A stretch of 64,000 nucleotides of DNA from Candidatus Kaiserbacteria bacterium (GTDB lineage: Bacteria; Patescibacteriota; Minisyncoccia; Phycocordibacterales; UBA2100): NCBI GenBank assembly GCA_963767115.1, contig CAVYCR010000001.1, forward strand, positions 130,430 through 194,429, read 5' to 3'. The notes beneath the pieces are model-generated. The model searched no databases. It was not told the origin of the DNA and saw nothing but the letters and a program-made list of their open reading frames with translations. Position 1 is the stretch's first letter. Each line of letters opens with the position of its first letter. Shown piece after piece: positions 26,069-34,153 of the stretch. The position numbers and the translations under genes are program-made.

Positions 26069-27602
26069 CTATCTCGCGTATTCGATCACGCGTGTCTCGC
26101 GGATAACGCTCACTTTGATTTCGCCCGGATATTGCATCTCTTCTTGAATCTTGTCGGCGATGTCACGTGCGATCTTGCGCGCGTCGAGGTCGGTGACGTT
26201 TTCGGGCTTCACAATGACGCGGATCTCGCGACCGGCCGCTATCGCGTAACTCTTGTCGACGCCGGGAACGTTGTTGGCGATCGCTTCGAGTTCTTCGAGG
26301 CGCTTGATGTAGTTCTCGACGCTGTCGCGGCGCGCGCCGGGGCGGCCGCCGGAGATCGCATCGGCGACCTGCACGATCATGCTTTCGGGCGTCTCGTACG
26401 GATATTCCTCATGGTGTGCTTGCATAGCTTTTACGACTCGCTCGTCGACGCCGAACTTCTGCAAGTATACGACGCCCGATCTCGACGTGAGTGCCCGGCA
26501 CTTCGTGGTCGACTGCCTTGCCGATATCGTGAAAGAGCGCGCCGGCGCGTGCGATAGCAGGATCGGCACCAAGCTCCTCGGCAAGCATGCCTGCGAGGTG
26601 TGCGACTTCGACTGAGTGGTCGAGGACGTTTTGGCCGTAGCTCGTACGGAAGTAGAGGCGGCCGAGGATCATGATGAGCTTCGGGTCGAGGTCGGGGACG
26701 CGTGCGGCGTACGCTGCCTCCGCGCCTTTCTTCTTGATGATGGTGTTGATCTCAGCTTCGGCTTTCTGCACGGCCTCTTCAATCTTCGCGGGTTGGATAC
26801 GACCGTCGAGAATGAGATTCTCAAGCGCGATGCGCGCGACCTGGCGGCGTATCGGATCGTATGAGGAGAGGGTAATGGTGCCCGGCGTATCATCGACGAT
26901 GACGTCGACGCCGGTGGAGCGCTCGAATTGGCGGATATTGCGGCCTTCCTTGCCGATGATCTTGCCCTTGATCTCGTCGTTGGGAAGCGTGACGGTCGTT
27001 GCAAGTACATCTGAGACGACGGAATTGCCGAGGCGATGCACGGCGGTCGTGAGGATTTCCTTGGCGCGCTGCTCAAGGCGCTGGTCGCCCGAGATCTCAA
27101 GCTTGCGCATGCGGCTCTCGATGTCGCTCTCGTAGCGGCGTTCGACTGCTTTGATCAGCTCTGACTTCGCGTCATCAGCCGAGAGATTGGCGATGCGCTC
27201 GAGTTGTTCTTGCTGGCCGCGCGCGGCTTCCTCGAGAGCCTGGCGTGCCGCTGAGAGATCCTCGTTCTTGCGGGCGAGGTTTTCCTGTTCGGCATCGAGG
27301 TTGGTCTGGCGATTATCGAGCAATTCTTCCTTGCGGACGAGGCGTTCCTCGACGCTCTTGAGCCCGCGCTCGCGCTCTTTGAATTCGTCGCCGATCTCAC
27401 GGGCTTTTTCTTCGGCACGGGCCTGTGAATCTTCGGTGATCTGCTTTGCCTTTTCTTCGGCGTCAAGCATCATCTTGCGGACTTGCAGCTCCATCGAGCC
27501 GCGTTTGCCGAGACTAATAATATATCGGAGAAAGTAGCCTATTCCGACGCCCGCCAAACCCACAAGGGCGAGAAGAGCGAGCAAAAGTTTGACTGAAATC
27601 AT
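26069..27602 (-). CDS. rny: Ribonuclease Y; reading frame broken once (+1) as sequenced
   Basis: N-terminal TM segment, coiled coil, KH domain (IKGKIIGKEGRNIRQFE) and HD domain (ALFHDIGKAVDHEV) are in ORF 26409..27602. The remainder (QKFGVDERVVKAMQAHHEEYPYETPESMIVQVADAISGGRPGAR...) is in ORF 26069..26584. The junction is near 26458-26466. The span is 1534 nt, i.e. 3n+1. Confidence 0.85.
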
Positions 27603-27769
27603 ACGCGGCTAAACCGCGCGGGCATTGAGCGCTAAAAAACGGCTGTAAATATAACTATTTTATCTACTGCAGTAAGTGGACGCATATGCTCGATCGCGGA
27701 GAATGAAAATTAATTAATGGATGGTACGCAGATGAGTATAGCACGCAGACTAAAAGCTACTAGTAGTGC

Positions 27770-27934
27770 GCCGCCGCTCTGGTTAGGTGTTTGCGAACCT
27801 CGCGCAGCAGATGTCACATCCCCACGTCATATAGTAGTGGAAAACAAAAACCGCCCAGCAGGGCGCTTTCTGTTTTGAGGGTCGGTATCTAAGCTATTGC
27901 GGTATGTTCGCAAACACCTAACCAGAGCGGCGGC
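27770..27934. repeat. Foldback element E (conserved-core family; 29-bp perfect arms)
   Basis: Arms 27770-27798 and 27906-27934 are perfect complements. The 107-nt interior is near-identical to those of elements G and B (B inverted). It ends 5 nt from the clpP stop (minus strand). Confidence 0.85.
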
Positions 27935-27939
27935 AGCAA

Positions 27940-28542
27940 CTAACTCAACACCTTATCGACAATACCGTACTTCAGGGCCTCCTCGGCCGTCATGAAGAAG
28001 TCGCGGTCGACGTCGTTCTCGATCTTTTTGAGGGCTTGGCCGGTGGATGCGGAGAGAATCTTGTTGAGACGCTCACGGAGCTTCAAGATCTGCTTAGCTG
28101 TGATTTCGATATCGGCAGCCTGACCTTCTGCTCCTCCGTGTGGCTGATGGATCATGACCTCGGCGTTTGGCAAGATATAACGCTTGCCCTTCTCGCCCGC
28201 AGCGAGCATTACCGCTGCCATACTTGCTGCCATGCCGACGCATACGGTAGAGACGGGCGGTTGCATATGGCGCATGGTGTCGATGATAGCAAGGCCGGCC
28301 GTGACTACGCCGCCGGGGGAGTTGATATAGAGGGAAATCTCTTTCTTCGGGTCTTCAGACTGCAAGAAGAGCAACTGGGCTATCACGAGGTTGGCCACTT
28401 CGTCGTTGATCGGGCCACCGAGGAAGATGATGCGCTCGCGGAGCAAGCGGCTGAAGATGTCGTATGCGCGTTCGCCCATCGAAGTCTTCTCGACGACCAT
28501 GGGTACGAGCATTTGTGCTTTGATCTGAGGGATGTTTTGCAT
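27940..28542 (-). CDS. clpP: ATP-dependent Clp protease proteolytic subunit
   Basis: Full-length match to ClpP: [22 protein letters not shown]...[18 protein letters not shown]...[14 protein letters not shown]...MIHQP. Confidence 0.95.
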   Translation of the reverse strand: MQNIPQIKAQMLVPMVVEKTSMGERAYDIFSRLLRERIIFLGGPINDEVANLVIAQLLFLQSEDPKKEISLYINSPGGVVTAGLAIIDTMRHMQPPVSTVCVGMAASMAAVMLAAGEKGKRYILPNAEVMIHQPHGGAEGQAADIEITAKQILKLRERLNKILSASTGQALKKIENDVDRDFFMTAEEALKYGIVDKVLS

Positions 28543-28595
28543 GTCGAAAGGGTATCAAAGAAAAGATACGCGAGCAAATCCTCCCATGTTAATCG

Positions 28596-29012
28596 ATGGG
28601 AATGCTATCTGGAAAATGTGAGAATCTTATATATACTTCCCGTATGGAACACCTAGAAGGTAGACAGCAACCACCAATCAAAATCGAAGAAGCTTGGGAA
28701 AAAGATCCCCATATTTCGGATCCGAGAAAGTTCTATAGTGTACAAACAATGTTTGCACAGCTTCGCTATGCTAAGCGCCACCCGGAACAAAAGGTAGATC
28801 TAGACAATCGTACTGGAAATCCGAAAGAGTTGAGACTTGCCATTGGTGCTTCTTGGACGCAACAGGATTCAGAAGATTTTGAAAAATTTATAGGGGAACC
28901 TGCTCGTGCAGAATACCTAAACGCCGACCTAAAAAATAGGCAATCGATCGAGGCACTACTCGAGCTATTTTTTGCAGAGTATCCAAGAGCTAAAGAGGAA
29001 ACTCGGCATTGA
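28596..29012 (+). CDS. Hypothetical protein
   Basis: 138-aa ORF in an AT-richer segment. No RBS or family recognised, and the start is uncertain (28596 or 28644). Confidence 0.35.
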   Translation: MGMLSGKCENLIYTSRMEHLEGRQQPPIKIEEAWEKDPHISDPRKFYSVQTMFAQLRYAKRHPEQKVDLDNRTGNPKELRLAIGASWTQQDSEDFEKFIGEPARAEYLNADLKNRQSIEALLELFFAEYPRAKEETRH

Positions 29013-29071
29013 AAAGACCTGTGTTCCCGATGGGCTCGGAGCTGTCTTCGTGCAGTGTAGACATGCCGCGT

Positions 29072-29464
29072 CTATAATGCGGTACTTCCTTCCTCAAGCC
29101 ATCTGGCAATCTCGTCGATGTGAGGCTTTTGAGTAACAATCCAGATCATAAATGTCTCTATCTCGCCCGATTGCGGCGCTAGGTCGTATTCATTGAGTTT
29201 CAAAAAATATGCGCCAATGAGATAGGAGGTGCGTTTGTTCCCGTCGACGAATGTGTGGTTGCGCGCGATACTATCGATGAGCGCTGCTGCTTTTGCAAAC
29301 GGCCCGGCAAACATTTCTTCGCCGCCGTTTGATGTTTTTGGTCGCTCTAAGCACCTCAATAAACTATTCATGTCGCGCACGCCGAGCGTACCATTGGTAA
29401 GTCCCAGAACGGTTGCATGAAGCGCGAGTGCTTCCTCGATGTGTATGTATCTTATTGACCCCAT
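29072..29464 (-). CDS. doc: Doc (death-on-curing) / Fic-family toxin
   Basis: The HTFVDGNKRTS motif (Fic/Doc HxFx[D/E]GNxR), 130 aa, located directly downstream of an AbrB-type antitoxin gene. Confidence 0.85.
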   Translation of the reverse strand: MGSIRYIHIEEALALHATVLGLTNGTLGVRDMNSLLRCLERPKTSNGGEEMFAGPFAKAAALIDSIARNHTFVDGNKRTSYLIGAYFLKLNEYDLAPQSGEIETFMIWIVTQKPHIDEIARWLEEGSTAL

Positions 29465-29471
29465 AAAATTG

Positions 29472-29711
29472 TCATTTGTCGGAAAGTGCCTCGAAATCCT
29501 TGCGATATTTTTCTACGTAAGCGGTTGCCCAAGTGACTGCATCGGCAATCTTGGGGTTCTTGCCTTCACGCACGCGTTCAACTACCACGCGATCGGGACC
29601 TTCCGCGCGCACATCCACTGCTTGTCCAAGCTCAAAACCGAACTCTTCCGCCAGAGGCTTGGGGAATACGACGCCGATTGAGCTGCCGATATTGATTATC
29701 TTTTGAGCCAT
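29472..29711 (-). CDS. AbrB/MazE/SpoVT-family antitoxin (Phd-like partner of Doc)
   Basis: 79 aa. IINIGSSIGVVFPKPLAEEFGFELGQAVDV is a swapped-hairpin AbrB-type DNA-binding fold motif. There is an 8-nt gap to doc. Confidence 0.75.
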   Translation of the reverse strand: MAQKIINIGSSIGVVFPKPLAEEFGFELGQAVDVRAEGPDRVVVERVREGKNPKIADAVTWATAYVEKYRKDFEALSDK

Positions 29712-29771
29712 ATATTTAGACTTCCAAGTGATTATAATGCAATTATAATCATCTTACTTTCGAAATGCAAG

Positions 29772-30872
29772 CTATGTGCTGTGCTGGTGGGTGGTGTGGC
29801 CTACCGGCTCGGTGTTGCCCTCGAGGAAGCGGAGGGTCATTTCGTTGCGAAGGGCATGACGGACGTGGGCGCGGAGGGATTCACGGTCGGCTTGCGGGTA
29901 GTGCTCTTGGGCGTGGTCGAGCTCGTGTTCGACGACGTCGGTTTCCGGCTCGATGTTCTCTTTGCGAGCTATTTCGGCAAGTAGTAGCCGCACTTTGGCG
30001 CGGTTGTCAGCAGCGGGACGCCATTCCTCGCGGAGCTCCTCGCGGGTCTTCTTGGTATCGATGAGGTACTTCTCGTAGGTCATGCGCATGCGCTGCAGAT
30101 CGTCCTTGAGGCGCGACTCGATCTCATCGAGCTCGTAGCTGAGGAGTGACGCTGGGTAGCGGACGGTCGAGGCCTTAACTATCTCGTCGAGAATCGCGTT
30201 GCGAAGCTTCTGCTGCGCCTGCATCGTCTTTTCGTTCATTATATTGTCATGCAACGCCTCGGAGAACTTCGAAGCGCTCTCGTAGCCGACCGATTGCGCG
30301 AATGCATCGTCAAGCTCGGGCAGCTCGTCCGCTTTCATCTCGCGGGATTCCTCAGCGGCCTTCGGCGGCTCGACGCCGTTCTCGATCTTGTCGATGCGTG
30401 CTCGCTCGCGGCGCAGGTGTAAGAGGGCTTCGTCGTGCTCCGCGTCGGTCACGGTGATCTCTTCTTTGCTTTCACGCTGTTTCTTGGCGATCTTCGCGTA
30501 GTCGCCAAGCTCGATCTGCGGCGCTAGGCCTGCACGCGCGGTGAAATGAAGCGGCTTGCCGCTTTGCGGTTCGTCGGTCGACACACGCGGCGTCTCGACT
30601 ATGGCGATGCTTTCCTTGGCGAGAATTTCGGGCAACTCTTCTTGGATGGCGCGCTCAGCGGCGCGGCGCATGATCTGATCCTCGCCGTATATAGCGAGGA
30701 TCTTATCGACCGGCGCCTTGCCGGGGCGGAAGCCGTCGATCTTCGCGGTCTTCTGCATGTCCTTCAAGACATCGGCGCGATATTTCTCAAGCGAGGCAGC
30801 GTCGATCTGCGTGGAGATTTCCGCTTCCCAGTTTTTCTCGTCCTTTGTAACTCTCACATCGCTATATGACAT
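29772..30872 (-). CDS. tig: Trigger factor (short form without recognisable FKBP/PPIase domain)
   Basis: The N-terminal ribosome-binding domain with IDGFRPGKAP (compare the E. coli IDGFRKGKVP signature) and a C-terminal chaperone domain. 366 aa versus ~430 aa for typical Tig. Confidence 0.8.
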   Translation of the reverse strand: MSYSDVRVTKDEKNWEAEISTQIDAASLEKYRADVLKDMQKTAKIDGFRPGKAPVDKILAIYGEDQIMRRAAERAIQEELPEILAKESIAIVETPRVSTDEPQSGKPLHFTARAGLAPQIELGDYAKIAKKQRESKEEITVTDAEHDEALLHLRRERARIDKIENGVEPPKAAEESREMKADELPELDDAFAQSVGYESASKFSEALHDNIMNEKTMQAQQKLRNAILDEIVKASTVRYPASLLSYELDEIESRLKDDLQRMRMTYEKYLIDTKKTREELREEWRPAADNRAKVRLLLAEIARKENIEPETDVVEHELDHAQEHYPQADRESLRAHVRHALRNEMTLRFLEGNTEPVGHTTHQHST

Positions 30873-30918
30873 TGCGCGAGTTTACCCTGTGGAAGCACTT
30901 GCGTCTAGGTTGTTGGGT

Positions 30919-31155
30919 CTACGGCAACGCCGATGAAGTACTGGTCCGCACAGGTAGAGTGGTCGTACCAGCAGGAATGTATGGCACTTGGTCGATCGGA
31001 TTGCTGACACTATAGAAAGCCTTGTGCCAGACAAAGCACAGATCACCTACTATCAATACGAGCAAAATGATCACGATACCGATAGTTGGCCCGGCCTTTT
31101 TTGGAGGTGCGGGGAGCAGATGATCAGGGTCTTTGATAGGTTTGAGATCACTCAT
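30919..31155 (-). CDS. Small hypothetical membrane protein
   Basis: 78 aa with a single TM helix (PTIGIVIILLVLIVGDLCFVW). No RBS recognised. Confidence 0.4.
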   Translation of the reverse strand: MSDLKPIKDPDHLLPAPPKKAGPTIGIVIILLVLIVGDLCFVWHKAFYSVSNPIDQVPYIPAGTTTLPVRTSTSSALP

Positions 31156-31220
31156 GCCGACAGTATAGCTTTCAGGTTTCAGTTGTCAGCTTTCAATGAT
31201 AGGGGACAACCCCGATTCAA

Positions 31221-31757
31221 TTAGCGGGCGAATTTCTCTTTGTAGAGCTCGACGGATTTCTTGACCGCTTCGAGCGCGGCAGCGCGATCACGGATGCCGT
31301 TGATCTTGACCGGCGCGGGCTTACCCTTGAGCGCCTTGTAGGTCTCGAAGAAGTGCTGCCATTCTTTCAGGGTATGCTTGTTTATATCGGCTAGGTCCTT
31401 CACGTCTTCCCAGCGCTTATCATTTACCGGAACGCAGATTATTTTTGCGTCAGATTCACCGCTGTCAACCATATCCATTATGGCGATCGGACGAACCGTG
31501 ACAAGAATGCCGGTCGCGATGGGGAACGTTGCCAGTATCAAGATGTCGAGGGCGTCACCGTCTTCCCATAAGGTTTGCGGTGCGAAACCATACTCCATCG
31601 GATACGGCGCGTCGGAATAATTAGCGCGGTCGAGCTTGATGAGACCAGTCTCTTTGTCGATCTCGTATTTGTTATGCGATCCTTTCGGGATCTCGACGAT
31701 CACGTTGATTTCTTCGGGCGCATCATCGCCAAGGGGAACGTCGTGCCAGAGGTTCAT
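31221..31757 (-). CDS. ppa: Inorganic pyrophosphatase (family I)
   Basis: The internal ATG at 31757 gives MNLWHDVPLG...INVIVEIPKGSHNKYEIDKETG...YPMEYGFAPQTLWEDGDALDILIL, which are canonical family I PPase motifs. Confidence 0.9.
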   Translation of the reverse strand: MNLWHDVPLGDDAPEEINVIVEIPKGSHNKYEIDKETGLIKLDRANYSDAPYPMEYGFAPQTLWEDGDALDILILATFPIATGILVTVRPIAIMDMVDSGESDAKIICVPVNDKRWEDVKDLADINKHTLKEWQHFFETYKALKGKPAPVKINGIRDRAAALEAVKKSVELYKEKFAR

Positions 31758-31859
31758 AGTGTTATAGATATGAAATATTATAAATAAGTAAGGAAATTCT
31801 AGCAAGAAAATAGTTCACACGCATAATGTGCACATATTGTTTTTGTTTATGTACATCAA

Positions 31860-32133
31860 ATGAAGATCTTTCTAAAAACGGGGGCAACCATGGCAACGAC
31901 TGGACTGGTCACGATCCAAGAAAATAAGTTAGACATCCTCATTGGATGCATCTTATATCTCGGTTTTGCACTTGGTGTATTTATTCCGTTGGTTAAACAA
32001 CTTGCGTGGCAAATTGTTCCTGCGCATAGCCTCTGGTATTAAGGGTATTGCATTTGTTCCATTAGTGGTCGGAATACTAGCGATCGTCATAATTCCAGAG
32101 AAGTATTCTTTCTTGAGCAAGATACGCATTTAA
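31860..32133 (+). CDS. Possible small two-TM membrane protein split over two frames (+1)
   Basis: ORF 31860..32042 and ORF 31942..32133 are both hydrophobic and would join by skipping one nt near 32008-32016. Weak evidence; AT-rich segment. Confidence 0.3.
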
Positions 32134-32170
32134 AAACAGCCGGGCGCATCACTGCGCCCGGCTGAATCTT
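32131..32170. terminator. Bidirectional intrinsic terminator (downstream of nusA)
   Basis: cagccgggcgca-tcac-tgcgcccggctg: a 12-bp stem with A5 upstream and a T-rich tract downstream. Confidence 0.7.
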
Positions 32171-32185
32171 TTGTATTCTTAGGGG

Positions 32186-33575
32186 TTATTCAGTCTCTGT
32201 CTTCGGTTCGACATCGACCTCAGAAGGCTCTTCGCCGCCACCCTGGTCGGTCTCTGCGTTGACGGCATCCGACGGGACGTCGCGGTCTTGGTTGATGGCT
32301 TCGGCGTTCTCGACACCAGTGTCAGCTGCTTCGTCATCGTCACCGGAAATATCCGACTTCGCTTCGGCGAACGCGTCCTGCGTGTTGATCGAACCTTCAT
32401 CGGTTATTTCCAGTACGGGCACGGTGCTTTCAACGGGAGTCTCGGCCTTCGGCGCGACAGTAGCGACTGATTCGCCGCCGACGCCGCGAATGTCGATCTT
32501 CCAGCCGGTAAGCCGTGCCGCCAAGCGGACGTTCTGCCCGCCGCGGCCGATTGCGAGCGACTGCTGGTCTTCGTCGACCTGTACGATCGCGCGGCTTTCA
32601 TCTTCAAAGAGCTCGATGTCGAGAATCTGTGCGGGCTTGAGCGCTTCTTTGACGATAATCGCCCGCGTTTTCGCTCCATTCCACGACGTCGATCTTCTCG
32701 CCGCCGAGCTCCGAGGTGACGACCGCGACGCGCACGCCGCGCTGGCCGACCAAGGCGCCGACCGGGTCGACGTGCTCATCGTGAGCTCTTGACCGCGATC
32801 TTGGCGCGACTTCCCGGCTCGCGTACGATGCCCTTGACCTCGACGACGCCACTTGCCATTTCGGGCACTTCGGTCTCGAAGAGTTTCGCCAAGAAGCGCG
32901 GGATGCGAGCGAGAAAGACGGATGAAGGTGCCGCGAGCGCCTTCGTCGACGCGCAAGAGCAGCGCGCGGACGCGCTCTCCTTGGCGATACCGCTCGCCGG
33001 GGATCTGCTCGTCGTAGGGGAGGATGGCGGTCGCGCGGCCGAGGTCGATGAAGAGATTGCCGCGCTCGAAGCGCTGCACATGGCCGGTGACGATCTCGCC
33101 TTCGCGCATCGCCGTACTCCTCGATGATAGAAGCGCGCTCGGCTTCGCGGATCTTCTGCATGATCACTTGCTTCGCCGCTTGCGCGGCGATGCGGCCGAA
33201 ATCGTCTCGCGTCTCGAGGGGGAAGGAGATCTCCTCGTCGAGCTGCGCGTCGCGCTTGATGCGACGTGCGTCCTCGATCATGATGTGCTGCTCGGGGTTG
33301 AAGCGGGAGCGGTGGTCTTCGTCGCTCTTCTGCTCTTCGTCTTCGCGGCGCACGAGCGTGTCGTCGACGACGATCTTGGCCTGGCGGAACTCCATGTCGC
33401 CGGTCTCGGGGTTAAACGTTGCGCTGACAATTTGTCCGCGCTTGCCGTATTCGCGGCGGTAGGCGGCGGCGAGCGCCGTAGCGAGCGCTTCAACCACGCT
33501 TTCGCGGCTGATGCCGCGCTCGGCCTGCAGCTCGTCGAGCGCGCCGTTTAGTGTCTTGAGGTCAAAAAGTGCCAT
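32186..33575 (-). CDS. nusA: Transcription termination/antitermination factor NusA; reading frame broken four times (+1 each) as sequenced
   Basis: Successive conserved NusA segments sit in rotating frames: N-terminal domain to REAERASIIEEYGD | REGEIVTGHVQRFERGNLFIDLG (S1) ...SRSHP | FLAKLFETEVPEMASGVVEVKGIVREPGSRAKIAVK | HDEHVDPVGALVGQRGVRVAVVTSELGGEKIDVVEWSENA | IIVKEALKPAQILDIEL...LAIGRGGQNVRLAARLTGWKIDI (KH2) plus an acidic tail. Junctions lie near 33103-33112, 32896-32903, 32781-32790 and 32660-32668. The span is 1390 nt, i.e. 3n+1, which fits four extra nt. Confidence 0.85.
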
Positions 33576-33696
33576 ATGGATTGTGTTGTCAATTGTTAAT
33601 TATTTGTGTTAATTTCTTGGCTCTAATACAATAATTTGCCAATAAAAATTCCGGCAGGTGCCGGATCGATGGGTAGAGTATATATGACTTCGGTGA

Positions 33697-33727
33697 AATG
33701 TAAAGGCGCCCGCGGTCAGCGGGCGCC
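33697..33727 (-). terminator. Intrinsic terminator after the 33733..34095 gene
   Basis: Stem ggcgcccgc / gcgggcgcc (9 bp, 5-nt loop), followed on the minus strand by TTTACATTT. Confidence 0.6.
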
Positions 33728-33732
33728 ATCGG

Positions 33733-34095
33733 TTAGGCGGCATGCAAGCGCCTGGTCGGATCGCCGTGAATCCAACAACACGCTTCTTGGCCGAGGGCAA
33801 CGCAGAACTTGTGTACGCGCACGAGTATTTCATGCCCACATGCTTCGATGCTCCGCAGGCTCTCGACTATCTCGCGTATTTGAGGCCCTATTTCGCTCCA
33901 TGGCCGTATTTCTTCATGTCCGAGTCGACTTAACACGAATCGAAAGAATCTTACGTCTCTCTCACCCGCGGATTCCAGGGCTGTGATCAGAGGTCGCAAG
34001 CCGTCAGGGTTGTACGGCTGATCTTCTTTTTTGCACGCAACTTCCAAGAGAGCGTCAGCTGCACAGCCGACGATGTGTGTATACGACACTTGCAT
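33733..34095 (-). CDS. Hypothetical Cys/His-rich protein (120 aa)
   Basis: The internal ATG of ORF 33733..34425 is preceded by AAAGGAG 7 nt upstream. A terminator lies downstream. No family recognised. Confidence 0.5.
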   Translation of the reverse strand: MQVSYTHIVGCAADALLEVACKKEDQPYNPDGLRPLITALESAGERDVRFFRFVLSRLGHEEIRPWSEIGPQIREIVESLRSIEACGHEILVRVHKFCVALGQEACCWIHGDPTRRLHAA

Positions 34096-34153
34096 GTGTA
34101 GGGCTCCTTTCTCCCAAGATATTCTCACATATTGATATATAATAGAAGCGCGT

